Shown here in pieces: positions 42,333 through 52,726 of a stretch of DNA of 64,000 nucleotides (positions within the stretch are counted from its first letter, which is position 1; every line of letters begins with the position of its first letter). A model generated the notes under the pieces. The model did no database searches, was not told where the DNA came from, and saw nothing but the letters and a program-made list of their open reading frames with translations. Source of the DNA: a virus (Duplodnaviria > Caudoviricetes); IMG/VR virus record IMGVR_UViG_3300046475_000120, positions 1,183 through 65,182 of that record, one strand, 5' to 3'. The translations under genes were made by a program, and so were the position numbers.

Positions 42333-42605
42333 ATGAAAATTTATCAGAAGCGTGTTCCGAAGTTCCACGCCGCGCAGTTCAAAAGCACGAGCGAATCGGT
42401 GCAGGAGCTGTGCGAAGTGATGGGCAATTATCGAAAGTGGACGCAGATGTCGGACTCGATGTCTTCGCCAGTACTCATTTTCACCGCGAACGATGGCAAG
42501 GAATATAGCCTGAAACACCGAGACTACCTGGTGCGCGATGAAACGGGCGCGCTGGCCGTGATGTACGAGCATACGTTCCAAGAGCAGTTCGAGGTCGCCA
42601 AATGA
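42333..42605 (+). CDS. Hypothetical phage protein
   Basis: AGGAG RBS; YQKRVPKFHAAQF..DYLVRDETG. Confidence 0.75.
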   Translation: MKIYQKRVPKFHAAQFKSTSESVQELCEVMGNYRKWTQMSDSMSSPVLIFTANDGKEYSLKHRDYLVRDETGALAVMYEHTFQEQFEVAK

Positions 42606-43021
42606 CCGCCCCGATGATCGACCTGTCGCGCCACCACTTCATGCGCCCGATTGGCGAGTTCGTGGCGTTCGGCACCTGGGTCCACAACGACGAGCAGGAA
42701 GCGGACGAGCCGGCCCTGGTGGTTGTCCCACGATACCGCCGGAGCGGTTTCAAACCTTGCGTTGTGGCATTGTCAGCGGCGTTCAAGTATGATGACCCGA
42801 AATATTGTGTTCGGTCAGCAAGAATCTTCCTCGAAAACCTCGGCATGGCCGATTCGATGTCGTCTTGCAACACGCTGGCCACGCTGATCCATGACCACCT
42901 GGAAGACCTGTTGAGCATGCCGCTGTCGCCGACGTCGCGCGTGCTGGTCGGTGAGGCGCAAGCCGACACGGGCGGCGGCATCATCCAGTTGTTCGACCAC
43001 GTGGCGACGCGCCAAGTTTAA
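42602..43021 (+). CDS. Conserved protein upstream of the portal
   Basis: PALVVVPRYR..ALSAAFKYDDP..TLIHDHLEDLLSMP. Confidence 0.75.
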   Translation: MTAPMIDLSRHHFMRPIGEFVAFGTWVHNDEQEADEPALVVVPRYRRSGFKPCVVALSAAFKYDDPKYCVRSARIFLENLGMADSMSSCNTLATLIHDHLEDLLSMPLSPTSRVLVGEAQADTGGGIIQLFDHVATRQV

Positions 43022-43042
43022 AACCACCGACGGGGAATCTCT

Positions 43043-45373
43043 GTGTTCGACATCAACGATCCAAGCACCAGCGAAGTCAAACCAAATTCCCCGCTCGAGC
43101 GGCAACTGAACAATGGTGGCGAGAACCCCGGCGTCGACACCGGCGATGACTTGAACCCGCTCGACCAGCAGCCGGCCATCGAGCGCTGGACCATGCTGCT
43201 GTCGTACTACCGCCAGGAACTCGAGCGCCAGGGCCCGAACCGCTGCCAGCAGGCGCTCGACGCCGCCTACTACGATGGCGACCAGTGGACCGACGAAGAG
43301 ATCCAGATTCTGAACGAGCGCGGCCAGACGCCGATCGTCTACAACGTCATCGCCACCACCTGCAACTGGGTGATCGGCTCGGAAAAGCGCGGCCGCACCG
43401 ATTTCAAGATTCTGCCGCGGAACGCCGACGATGCCAAGCCGGCCGAGTGCAAGACCAAATTTTTAAAATACCTGGCCGACGTCAACCGCGACCCGTTCCA
43501 CCGCTCGCGCGCCTTCGAGGACACGATCAAGGTCGGCATCGGCTGGATCGAGCGCGGCGCGCAGGACGCCGACGACGAGGAAATGATCTACATGCGCACC
43601 GAGTCGTGGCGAAACATGCTGTGGGACTCGGCCGACCAGAGCATCGACGGCAAGGGTCAGCGCTACCAGTTCCGTTCACGCTGGGTCGACTACGACATCG
43701 CCGCGGCACTGTTCCCGGACCGCAAGGATGTCATCGAACAGAGTTGTACAGGCGCCAACGCGGCCGGCAGTTACGACCTGCTCGACGGCGACATCGCCAT
43801 GGACCAGGCCGAATACGAGCGCGACAACACCATCGGTACGTCGGCCAACAAGCTGCACCGTCGCAAGCGCGTGCGCCTGATCGAGGCGTGGTATCGCATG
43901 CCGCAGATGATGGAGAAGCTGTCTGGCGGTATGTTCAACAACGAGATCTACGACGACAGCAACGAGAACCACAAGGCGGAAGTGGCCAGCGGCCGCGCGC
44001 GGATCAACCGCAAGCTCGGCATGCGCGTGCGCGTCGCCGTGCTCACCACTACCGCGCTGCTGTACGACGGCGAGAGCCCCTATAAACATAACCGCTTCCC
44101 GTTCACGCCGGTGTGGGGCTACAAGCGCGACGACAACGGCCTGCCGTACGGCATGATCCGCCAGCTGCGCAGCATTCAGGACGACATCAACAAGCGCGCT
44201 TCGAAGGCGCTGGCGATCCTGTCGAGCAACAAGACCATCATGGACGAGGACGCGCTGGCCGAGGGCTGGACGCTGGACGACTATGCCGACGAGGTGGCCA
44301 AGCCGAACGCGATCATCCTGAAACGGACCGGCAAAGAGATCAAGATGGACGTCGACCGCGACCTCGCGCCGGCCCACCTCGAACTGATGACCCGCAATAT
44401 CGGCATGGTGCAGCAGGTCGGCGGCGTGACCGACGAGCAGATGGGGCGCCACACCAATGCGACTTCCGGCAAAGCCATCCTCGCGCGCCAGGACCAGGGC
44501 TCGATGTCGACGGCTAAACTGTTCGACAACCTGCGCCTGGGCGTGCAGCTCGACGGCGAGATCGCCCTGAGCCTGATCGAGCAGTTCGTCACCGAGCAGA
44601 AGGAATTTCGGATCACCGGCATCCATGGCCGCCCGAGTTTTATCACCATGAACGACGGCCTGCCGGAAAACGACATCACGCGCTCGAAGGCCGACTTCGT
44701 GATCTCGGAAGCCGACTGGCGCGCGACGATGCGCCAGGCCGCCAACGATCAACTGGTCGAGATGATGAACAAGATGCCGCCGCAGGTGGCGCTGGTCATG
44801 CTCGACCTGGTGGTGGATTCGATGGATGTGGAGAACCGCGATGAAATAGTAAAACGGATCCGCGCGCTGAACGGCCAATCGGACCCGAACCAGGCCGAGC
44901 CGACGCCGGAAGAACAGCAGGCCGCCGCCGCCAAGGCGCAGCAGGACCAGATGAACCAGCAGGCGCAGCAGCTGCAACTGGACGAGCAGCAGGCCAAGGT
45001 CGGCAAGCTGCAGTCGGAACAGCAACTGCTGGCGGCCAAGGCCAAGCACGCCGACGCCGGCGCCGCGCTGGTCAACGCGCAGACGGTGGCGGCCAACATG
45101 ACGGGCGCCAACCTCGCCATGGAAGCGGCCACGCTGGTGATCCAGATGCCGACGATCGCAAAAGTGGCCGATGGGCTGTTGCAGCAGGGCGGATGGAGCG
45201 GGCCTGGCGCGCCAACGAACCTGACGGCCGCGCCGATGGCCGCCGCCGGTGTCACGCCGCGCCCCGGGTTCGGCGCGCCGCAGGTTGCACCGGCACAAGC
45301 CACGCCGCCAGCGCTTCCAGCACCTTCCGCACCGATGCCGGCAGGTCCAACCGCCCCGCCGGCAGGAGCATGA
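43043..45373 (+). CDS. Portal protein
   Basis: 776 aa; YYDGDQW, P.VYNVI, GMIRQLRSIQD.INKR.SK; position after TerL. Confidence 0.92.
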   Translation: MFDINDPSTSEVKPNSPLERQLNNGGENPGVDTGDDLNPLDQQPAIERWTMLLSYYRQELERQGPNRCQQALDAAYYDGDQWTDEEIQILNERGQTPIVYNVIATTCNWVIGSEKRGRTDFKILPRNADDAKPAECKTKFLKYLADVNRDPFHRSRAFEDTIKVGIGWIERGAQDADDEEMIYMRTESWRNMLWDSADQSIDGKGQRYQFRSRWVDYDIAAALFPDRKDVIEQSCTGANAAGSYDLLDGDIAMDQAEYERDNTIGTSANKLHRRKRVRLIEAWYRMPQMMEKLSGGMFNNEIYDDSNENHKAEVASGRARINRKLGMRVRVAVLTTTALLYDGESPYKHNRFPFTPVWGYKRDDNGLPYGMIRQLRSIQDDINKRASKALAILSSNKTIMDEDALAEGWTLDDYADEVAKPNAIILKRTGKEIKMDVDRDLAPAHLELMTRNIGMVQQVGGVTDEQMGRHTNATSGKAILARQDQGSMSTAKLFDNLRLGVQLDGEIALSLIEQFVTEQKEFRITGIHGRPSFITMNDGLPENDITRSKADFVISEADWRATMRQAANDQLVEMMNKMPPQVALVMLDLVVDSMDVENRDEIVKRIRALNGQSDPNQAEPTPEEQQAAAAKAQQDQMNQQAQQLQLDEQQAKVGKLQSEQQLLAAKAKHADAGAALVNAQTVAANMTGANLAMEAATLVIQMPTIAKVADGLLQQGGWSGPGAPTNLTAAPMAAAGVTPRPGFGAPQVAPAQATPPALPAPSAPMPAGPTAPPAGA

Positions 45374-45600
45374 CGATGGCCGCCCACAAGATGGCCATGC
45401 AGCATGTCTCCGGTTCGTCGAGCGTGAAAGCGATCGGCCACCATGGCGACGCCTTGCACGTTACCTTCACTAGTGGCAAGACGTACGTCTACCCGAACGT
45501 GACGGCGCAGCAGTTCGACGCCTTGCGCAGCGCGAAATCGGTAGGCAAGCACCTCAACGCGAACATCATGCCGGGGCGCACGGCAACGTTACTAAAATAA
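45370..45600 (+). CDS. KTSC domain protein
   Basis: SSSVKAIG..LHVTFTSGKTYVYPNV..FDAL..AKSVGKHLN. Confidence 0.85.
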   Translation: MTMAAHKMAMQHVSGSSSVKAIGHHGDALHVTFTSGKTYVYPNVTAQQFDALRSAKSVGKHLNANIMPGRTATLLK

Positions 45601-45630
45601 CCAACAACCACAACAGACAGGAGTTTGACG

Positions 45631-46620
45631 ATGAGCACGACCCAAGCAGCCGCACCTGACGCGCCAGCCGCACCGAATGCGTTCCTGACCGCCGAAGAAC
45701 TGGCCGTCCTGAACTACGATGAAAATGCCGACCCCCATGCAGGAGATGCAGATGCCCAAGCCGCCGCGCAACGACTTGCCGATGAAGGCGCTGGTGCGCC
45801 CCCTGTCGTGGATCCTGCTGTGCCTGTCGCCGCTGACGGCAAGCCTGCAGACAAGCCAGCCGCAGATGCCGCAGCAGCTGACCCGAAGGCTGATCCGGCC
45901 GCTGAACCAGCTCAGCCTGTCGCCGAACCGGCAGCAGAGAAGGCACCCGACCCAGCCGCTGTAGCGCCGGTCGCTCCCCCATCTGCCCCGCTGCTGGTGA
46001 TCCAGGCGCCGGCCGACGCCGACGAGCAGCTGAAAAAGATCGCCGCCGACAAGGATGCGCTGGCCGAGAAGTTCGACGCGGGCGACTTGACCGGCGCCGA
46101 GTTCAACAAGCAGCTCGATGCCTTCAACAAGGCCGAGCGCGGCATCGAGACGCTGGTCAACAACGCCGACCTGGCCGCTAAGCTCGAAGTGCAGCGCCGG
46201 CAGAACGAGTGGGACCGCCAGTGCGCCAGCTTTTTCGACGCCAACAAGCAATATAACGACCCGGCCCTGTTCGAGCAGTTCAATGACACCGTCAAGGCGG
46301 TAGCGATGATGCCGAGAAATATGAAGCTGACGGGCGACCAGGTGCTGGTGAAGGCGCACAACATGCTGCAGGCCGAACTGGGCAACCCGATCACGGCCCC
46401 GGCCACAGCGCCAGCCACGAAAGCGGAAGCCAAACTGCCGGCGCCGCAGCCGCAACTGCCGCCGAACGTGGGCGCGCTGCCGGCCGCCGACGTGACGGAC
46501 GCCACCGGCGGGCGCTTCGATGCCCTGAACCGCCTGGCCATGTCGGGCGACGTCGAGGGTTACGAGGCGGCGCTGTCCAAGCTGTCGCCGGCCGACCACG
46601 AAGCCTATATGCGCGCGTAA
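45631..46620 (+). CDS. Capsid scaffolding protein
   Basis: Acidic Pro/Ala-rich N-terminus, helical middle; located between portal and capsid. Confidence 0.8.
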   Translation: MSTTQAAAPDAPAAPNAFLTAEELAVLNYDENADPHAGDADAQAAAQRLADEGAGAPPVVDPAVPVAADGKPADKPAADAAAADPKADPAAEPAQPVAEPAAEKAPDPAAVAPVAPPSAPLLVIQAPADADEQLKKIAADKDALAEKFDAGDLTGAEFNKQLDAFNKAERGIETLVNNADLAAKLEVQRRQNEWDRQCASFFDANKQYNDPALFEQFNDTVKAVAMMPRNMKLTGDQVLVKAHNMLQAELGNPITAPATAPATKAEAKLPAPQPQLPPNVGALPAADVTDATGGRFDALNRLAMSGDVEGYEAALSKLSPADHEAYMRA

Positions 46621-46647
46621 TTTCAATCACTACCCGGAGAACCCGAC

Positions 46648-46845
46648 TTGGCCACCTTGAAGATGGAACTCAAACCCGGCGAGGCCTTGACCATCGGCGA
46701 CGTCGTCGTCACCCTCGAGGCCAAGTCGGGCCAGGTCGCGCGGCTGTCGATCGTGGCCGACAAGTCGGTGCAGGTGGCGCGCGTCGCGCACCCGGCCTCC
46801 GTGGCGGCGATCGCCTCGGGCGGCATCGCGCACAAGCCGTTCTGA
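46648..46845 (+). CDS. CsrA-like small protein
   Basis: LKPGEALTIGDVVVTLEAKSGQVARLSIVADKSVQVAR threads onto the CsrA beta pattern; same position as in Bcep22-like phages. Confidence 0.65.
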   Translation: MATLKMELKPGEALTIGDVVVTLEAKSGQVARLSIVADKSVQVARVAHPASVAAIASGGIAHKPF

Positions 46846-46866
46846 CCTGAAAATCTTTCCCCGTAA

Positions 46867-46914
46867 CAAAATGGTTGCAAAGGCGAACCGAAACTGAAAT
46901 AATCGCGCCATTCG
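46867..46914 (+). promoter_or_regulatory. Putative late promoter motif, copy C (capsid operon)
   Basis: AAATGGTTGCAAAGGCGAACCGAAACTGAAATAATCGCGCCATTC. Confidence 0.65.
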
Positions 46915-46963
46915 CGCAGGAAGTGCTGAATATTCATTCAATCCTTCATAGGAGCACTTCCGC

Positions 46964-48064
46964 ATGACTACCACCATCTTCGGCACCACCAATCCGATGA
47001 CGCAGAAAAAATGGGGAGCCGAGCTCGCCGTTGACGCTGCCAAGAAATCCTGGTTCGAGGACCGCCTGATCGGCACCTCGGACAACCACATCATCCAGCG
47101 CCGCACCGAGCTCGAGTCTGCCTCGGGCGACCGCGTCTCGTTCGACCTGTGCGTGCAGATGCGCAACAAGCCGACCTACGGCGACGCCGACCTGGCCGGC
47201 AAGGAAGAAAGCCTGAAATTCTACACCGACGAAGTGGTCATCGACCAGGTCCGTCACGGTGTCTCGGCCGGCGGCAAGATGACGCGCAAGCGCGTCGCCC
47301 ACGACCTGCGTGCTGTCGGCAAGGCCCGCCTCGCGGATTACTTCTCGCGCCTGATCGACGAGCTGTTCTTCATGTACCTGTCCGGCGCGCGCGGCATCAA
47401 CCAGGACTTCATCGAGTCCGACCCGGCCTACAACGGCTTTGCCGGCAACTCGTTCCAGGCGCCCGACACCGGCCACCTGCTGTACGGCGGCGTCGCCACC
47501 TCGAAGGCCTCGCTGGCCGCCACCGACAAGATGACGAAATCTGTCATCGAGAAGGCGAACAACATGGCATCGATGATGCAGGCGCGCAACCCTGACGTCG
47601 CCAACATGGTCGCCGTGCGCAACGGTTCGGAAGACCAGTACGTGTGCGTGATGACGCCCGACCAGGCGTACGACATGCGCAACGCCGACACCACCGGCTG
47701 GATGGACATCCAGAAGGCGGCGGTCACCAACGAAGGCCGGGCCAACCCGATCTTCCGCGGCGGCCTCGGCATGATCGGCGGCACCGTGCTGCAGCAGCAC
47801 CGCAGCGCGATCCGCTTCGGCGACTACGGCGCCGGTGCCAACGTGCCGGCAGCGCGCGCGCTGTTCCTCGGCCGCCAGGCGGGCGTCATCGCCTACGGCA
47901 CCGCCGGCGGCATGCGTTTTTCCTGGTCCGAAGAACTGAAAGATCACGGCAACAAGCCGGTGATCGCTTCGGGCTTCATCGCCGGCATGAAAAAGACCCG
48001 CTTCAACAACGCGGACTTCGGCGTGATCGCCATCGACACCGCAGCGAAGGATCCGAACTCGTAA
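46964..48064 (+). CDS. Major capsid protein (N4 gp56 / DUF4043 type)
   Basis: QKKW..L, GDRVSFDL..L.G.EE.L, RALFLGRQAG..AYG, DFGVIAIDT; strongest codon bias in the window. Confidence 0.93.
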   Translation: MTTTIFGTTNPMTQKKWGAELAVDAAKKSWFEDRLIGTSDNHIIQRRTELESASGDRVSFDLCVQMRNKPTYGDADLAGKEESLKFYTDEVVIDQVRHGVSAGGKMTRKRVAHDLRAVGKARLADYFSRLIDELFFMYLSGARGINQDFIESDPAYNGFAGNSFQAPDTGHLLYGGVATSKASLAATDKMTKSVIEKANNMASMMQARNPDVANMVAVRNGSEDQYVCVMTPDQAYDMRNADTTGWMDIQKAAVTNEGRANPIFRGGLGMIGGTVLQQHRSAIRFGDYGAGANVPAARALFLGRQAGVIAYGTAGGMRFSWSEELKDHGNKPVIASGFIAGMKKTRFNNADFGVIAIDTAAKDPNS

Positions 48065-48139
48065 TGTGACAGGCCCGGCGTCACAACCGGGCCAGTTGCA
48101 GACGAACGGCTTTTTCCCTCAATCTCAGGAGCAATAAAG

Positions 48140-48622
48140 ATGGCCACCATCCTCTCGAAGTTCGCAAAAAACCAGCTGGCGACGATCGTCGCTGACGGCG
48201 CCGGCGACATCGCCGTCAACGATTTTTACATGGACCTGACCGCCGCCCAGATCAATGCCGGCGACGTCATCGACATCGGCGTGCTGCCGGCGTACCATAC
48301 CGTCTCGGACGCGATCCTGATCGCCGACGACCTCGACTCGAACGGCACGCCGACCATCGCCCTCGACGTCGGCATCATGTCCGGCACGCCCGGTGACGCC
48401 GTCTCGGTGCGTACCTGCGGCGCGGAAATCTTCGCCGCCGCGAACACGGCCCAGGCCGGCGGCATCGCCCGCCCGACGCTGGCATCGGCATTCAAGATCC
48501 TGTCGACCCAGGCGGACCGCTCGATCGGCGTCAAGTTCGCCACCGGCTCGGCTACTGCCGCGGCCGGCCGCATCCGCCTGCGCGTGTTCATCCATCCGAG
48601 CGACCAGACCACCCAGTTCTAA
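48140..48622 (+). CDS. Capsid decoration/cement protein
   Basis: AGDVIDIGVLPAYHTVSDAIL..DDLD; follows the capsid gene. Confidence 0.75.
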   Translation: MATILSKFAKNQLATIVADGAGDIAVNDFYMDLTAAQINAGDVIDIGVLPAYHTVSDAILIADDLDSNGTPTIALDVGIMSGTPGDAVSVRTCGAEIFAAANTAQAGGIARPTLASAFKILSTQADRSIGVKFATGSATAAAGRIRLRVFIHPSDQTTQF

Positions 48623-48633
48623 GGGCGGCAGAC

Positions 48634-48675
48634 AACGCGCAGCGCCGGGGTTCGCCCTGACCTGCGCGTTTTTCG
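48634..48675 (+). terminator. Terminator after the head genes
   Basis: AACGCGCAG/CTGCGCGTT stem with an inner UUCG hairpin and T tract. Confidence 0.75.
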
Positions 48676-48714
48676 CATTTTTCGCATTTCACCACCATCC
48701 AATGGAGAGAAAAC

Positions 48715-49299
48715 ATGGATATCGAATGCAGGCTGCGCCGCCCCGGCGGATCGAAGATCGAGATCGGCAACACCGAATACCATTTCAAGCCCCTGTCTGA
48801 CGGCGCCCACGTCGCCGCCGTGGCCGACGAGCAGCACCAGGACCGGCTGCTCGGCATCCCCGAGGCCTATAAACTGTACCGCGGCAAGGCAACCGGCGCG
48901 CCCGCTCCCGTAACCATCGTCGGCAAGCCGCCGTTCGTCGCCGTCAAGCCGGGTCCTGTCAGCAACGAGGCGATCGCCATCGAGACCGCGATCCACCCGG
49001 CCAGCTTCGACATTCACGGCGTGACCTACGCGCTCGACGACATCATCGTGCTCGCGCAGAACGCCAACGGTTTCGATGCCACCAGCTGGCAGGATATCTC
49101 CGACGACATGCGCGCCGACCTGATCGACGAAGAACTCGACAAGCTGGCCGATGCCGGGGTACCGACGCCAGGCGAACAGGCCGAGCAGGCCGACCCGGCG
49201 CTGGTCGCGGCGCGCGAAAAATTCAAGACGAAATTCGGCAAGGCGCCGCACTACCGCTGGACGGTCGACAAGATCAAAGAGCAGCTGGCCGACGCATAA
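48715..49299 (+). CDS. Conserved virion-associated protein
   Basis: GGSKIEIG..YHF.P..HVA.V; C-terminal FGKAPH.RW..DKI. Confidence 0.75.
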   Translation: MDIECRLRRPGGSKIEIGNTEYHFKPLSDGAHVAAVADEQHQDRLLGIPEAYKLYRGKATGAPAPVTIVGKPPFVAVKPGPVSNEAIAIETAIHPASFDIHGVTYALDDIIVLAQNANGFDATSWQDISDDMRADLIDEELDKLADAGVPTPGEQAEQADPALVAAREKFKTKFGKAPHYRWTVDKIKEQLADA

Positions 49300-49323
49300 A
49301 GCAGCATCACCATGGAGTAGTCA

Positions 49324-51402
49324 ATGCAACAATATGCTGACGTCGTCACCGATCCGAAGGGCAACGTGGTGCCCGGTGCGCGCGTCAGCATCCTCAAGCA
49401 GGACGGCACGCTGGCCAGCCTGTTCGACAACGATGGCGTGACGCCAATCGGCAACCCGGTCACTACCGACCCGCTGGGCGGCTTTACGTTTCGCGCGGCG
49501 AGCGGCGTCTACCGGCGCCGCGTCACCATCGGCGCTTCCAGCATCGACATTCCCGGCGAGATCATCCTCGACACGCCCGGCGTCTCCGTCATCGCGGCGG
49601 CCGGTTACGTCTATCCCGAGCAGTATGCCTCGCTGCAGCTGGCGATCGCCGCCGCCGCCGGCAAGACGCTGGTGCTGAACGGCGCCTACACGGTCGACAA
49701 CTCGGCCGCCGATGGCCTGACGGTCGGCGTCGACAACATCACCATCGCCGGCACCGGCACCATCAGCTTTACGTCGATCGCCCATAACGGCCTGCGCGTG
49801 ACGGGCCAGGGCGTCAAACTGTCGCAGTTCACCGTCCGCGGTCCGGGCACGTTCGACACCTCCTCGGCCGGCGCGGTTTCGCCGGGCCTTGTGTACATCG
49901 ACGGCAGCGGGCGCACCAGCGCGATCAACTGCACGCTCGATAGCCTGAAAGTGTTCGAGCCGGGCAAGATGGGCATTGTCGTCTACAAGGCGGTGGGCGT
50001 CGATATCATCAAGCCGCAGGTGGAGAACTCGCAGCCGGTCGCCACCTGGGCGGGCACCAGCAACAACCACCTGATCCGCATCTACTCGAGCGCCTACGTC
50101 AACATCGACACGCCGCACCTGCGCGGCTTTGCCGAGGGCATCGTGGTCGGCGCCTACCCGTCTACCGACTACGTGTTCGACGATTTCCACGGTTCGACAA
50201 GCAACAAGGCGCGCCACATCAAGGTCTGGGGCGGCAGCGTCACCGGCCAGTACGATCACGCCGGCTATTTTTCCAACGACTGCGAGTACTACGACATCCA
50301 CGGCGTCACCCTTTGGCCGGCGTCGGACGCGGAAGGCGGCGAAGGCACGGCAGGATTGAAGCTCGAAGGGGGATATTTCAGCGCCACCGAGAACATCGTG
50401 CGCGAGGGCATCCAGCTGCGCAATCCGTACAACGCCAAGTGCAACGACAACCGCATCTTCCTGTATTCGGGACGCGGCACGGCGAACAACCCGTCCAAAT
50501 TCGGCATCCTGGCGCAGGACGTCATCTTCCAGCGCAACCTTGAGGCAATGGAAGTGGACCGCAACCTGATCTATGTGGTCGGCAATATCGAGGTCAATGC
50601 GGCCATCCAGATGCAGGGCGCGGTGTGGAGCGGCTACCAGTCGCAGATCCGCAACCTGTCGATGTGTGGCAACAAGGCCTATGGAGTCGGGCGCATGACG
50701 GTGGGCAACGGGTTCGGGTTCGTGGTGCACCAGGACATGCCGCTCGACGGCTCCGGCCACGTGACGGGCGCGATCGGCATCGGCGTCAAGGTGCGCGACA
50801 ACGTCGCCGAGCTGGCCAGTTTTACCGGCTACGCCAGCGGCTGCGGCAGCTATGGGCTCGAACTGCTGAACCTCGAGCAGGCCGACGTCGGCGGCAACAC
50901 CTTTCGCAACTTCACGCTCTCGGGCATCAACGAACTGGGCGTGCAGAATTCCCTGTTCGCCATGAATACCTTGGCCGGCAATCCGGCCGGCAGCACCCAG
51001 CGATTCGGCATCGTCGAGAACAGCGCCGACCTGACCTTGCACGTGGCCACGCAGAACAACACCTACGGCGTCAACAAGGCAACGAACGTCGACTACAAGT
51101 ATTTTCTTGCTGACGAGACAAGCCAGTGCGCCGACCTTGCGCCGCTGCTCAACCTGGGCGCGGCCAACAGCAACCAGTCGGTGGCGGCCTACAACGCCTG
51201 CCGTCTGGTGATCTGGTCGCCGACGACGGCATCGCTGACATTGACCTTTTCGACCTTGCGGCCGTGGGGCATCGGCCAGGAAATCGTCGTGCTCAACAAG
51301 GGAAGCCAGTCGTTCACGGTGGCCAATACCAGTAACGCCATCGCGCCCGGCAATTCGCTGAAATTCATCTGCACCGGGTCGAACACTTTTATTGCCTATT
51401 AA
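49324..51402 (+). CDS. Tailspike with a pectin-lyase-like beta-helix
   Basis: N-terminal virion-binding domain (GNVVPGARV..NPVTTD..G.F.F), YPEQY..LQLAI, then beta-helix repeats. Confidence 0.85.
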   Translation: MQQYADVVTDPKGNVVPGARVSILKQDGTLASLFDNDGVTPIGNPVTTDPLGGFTFRAASGVYRRRVTIGASSIDIPGEIILDTPGVSVIAAAGYVYPEQYASLQLAIAAAAGKTLVLNGAYTVDNSAADGLTVGVDNITIAGTGTISFTSIAHNGLRVTGQGVKLSQFTVRGPGTFDTSSAGAVSPGLVYIDGSGRTSAINCTLDSLKVFEPGKMGIVVYKAVGVDIIKPQVENSQPVATWAGTSNNHLIRIYSSAYVNIDTPHLRGFAEGIVVGAYPSTDYVFDDFHGSTSNKARHIKVWGGSVTGQYDHAGYFSNDCEYYDIHGVTLWPASDAEGGEGTAGLKLEGGYFSATENIVREGIQLRNPYNAKCNDNRIFLYSGRGTANNPSKFGILAQDVIFQRNLEAMEVDRNLIYVVGNIEVNAAIQMQGAVWSGYQSQIRNLSMCGNKAYGVGRMTVGNGFGFVVHQDMPLDGSGHVTGAIGIGVKVRDNVAELASFTGYASGCGSYGLELLNLEQADVGGNTFRNFTLSGINELGVQNSLFAMNTLAGNPAGSTQRFGIVENSADLTLHVATQNNTYGVNKATNVDYKYFLADETSQCADLAPLLNLGAANSNQSVAAYNACRLVIWSPTTASLTLTFSTLRPWGIGQEIVVLNKGSQSFTVANTSNAIAPGNSLKFICTGSNTFIAY

Positions 51403-51419
51403 TTCGCCAAGGGAACGCC

Positions 51420-52100
51420 ATGTCTATCGTAATTGACTACCAGCCGGTTGACGACGGCATCACCGGCCTGCCGAGCGTGCCGGTGTCCGACATCGTCGCG
51501 CGCGCCGGCAACATGCTGCTCGACGACGCACACGTACGCTGGGGCGTGCCGGAAATTATCCGCTGGATCAACGAGGCGATGGGCGCGATCGCCCACCTGC
51601 GCCCCGATGCGTTCGCCCACACCGGCGTGATGACGCTCGTCGCCGGCACCTATCAGTCGCTGCCCAACGGATCGATGCTGCTCTTGGACGTCACGCGCAA
51701 CATCGGCGCCGACGGCGCCACGCCAGGACGCGCGATCCGCACCACCGACCGCAAATCGCTCGACGACGCCAACCCGGACTGGCACGGCCTGCCGCAGTCG
51801 GGCACGATCCGCCACTTCATGCACGATCCGCGCACGCCCAAGGCATTTTATGTCTACCCGCCTGCGCTGGCGTCAACCAAGATCGAGATCAAGCACGTCG
51901 TCCTGCCGGCCGAGGTTGTCGCCGAGACCGACGTGCTGCCGATCGGCCTCGAATACATCGGCCCGGTGGTGAACTATGTCTGCTACCGCTGCAACCTCAA
52001 GGACAGCGAGTTCGCCAACGCGCAGGTGGGCAGCCTGTTCTACCAGGCCTTCAAATCCTCGCTCGGCCTGTCCGACGCCAGCGCCGCGGCGGCCGCATGA
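51420..52100 (+). CDS. Head-tail adaptor (DUF6682-like)
   Basis: RW..PEIIRWINEA..RPDA, FYVYPP. Confidence 0.8.
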   Translation: MSIVIDYQPVDDGITGLPSVPVSDIVARAGNMLLDDAHVRWGVPEIIRWINEAMGAIAHLRPDAFAHTGVMTLVAGTYQSLPNGSMLLLDVTRNIGADGATPGRAIRTTDRKSLDDANPDWHGLPQSGTIRHFMHDPRTPKAFYVYPPALASTKIEIKHVVLPAEVVAETDVLPIGLEYIGPVVNYVCYRCNLKDSEFANAQVGSLFYQAFKSSLGLSDASAAAAA

Positions 52101-52717
52101 AGTCGCTCGACCTGTTCCTGCCCAAGATCCACCAGTTTGCCCCCGGCGTGGGCGACCCGGTCGCCTACGAGTGGATCCGCGAGGCGGCGATCACGTTCTG
52201 CGAGCGCACCCGCTCGTGGCGCAGTTTTGATACCTATAACGTCAACGGCATCTACCCGGGCGACGTGCGCGCGCCCGCCGGCGCGGTGATCCACGAGATC
52301 GAGCAGGTCACCTACAACGACCAGCAACTGGAAGCGAAGTCGCCCGAGGAACTGGACCTATTGACTCCCGGCTGGCGCAGCGGCGCCGCGCGCGGCTGTC
52401 CGGCCTACTTCACCCAGCTCGATCCGAACACGGTGGCGGTCTCTCCGCTGGCGGCCGGGCGCGTGGTGGCATGGTTGATCCTAAAACCTGCCGCCGATGC
52501 CATGGCGCTGCCCGACTTTATCGCCGACCAGTACCGCCAGGCCATCGCCGACGGCGCCCTGATGCGCATTCTCGCGCTGCCGGGCAAGGAGTGGACCAAC
52601 CTGCAACTGGCATCCGGCGCCGGCGCCGCCTTCTCGCAGCGCCTGACGGTGCTGTCGAACAAGGGTTCGTCCGGCCAGCAGCGCGCGCACCCGCGCTCGA
52701 AATCGACATTTTTCTAA
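52097..52717 (+). CDS. Tail adaptor/tubular protein
   Basis: REAAITFCERTRSW, AIADGALMRIL..PGKEWTN. Confidence 0.8.
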   Translation: MKSLDLFLPKIHQFAPGVGDPVAYEWIREAAITFCERTRSWRSFDTYNVNGIYPGDVRAPAGAVIHEIEQVTYNDQQLEAKSPEELDLLTPGWRSGAARGCPAYFTQLDPNTVAVSPLAAGRVVAWLILKPAADAMALPDFIADQYRQAIADGALMRILALPGKEWTNLQLASGAGAAFSQRLTVLSNKGSSGQQRAHPRSKSTFF

Positions 52718-52726
52718 AGGATCGCC

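Noticed and set aside
48066-48093. Mutually exclusive hairpins (GTGAC/GTCAC versus GGCCCGG/CCGGGCC) after the capsid gene as a switch
   Set aside because: Short GC-rich stems are common by chance; most simply an mRNA-stabilising hairpin
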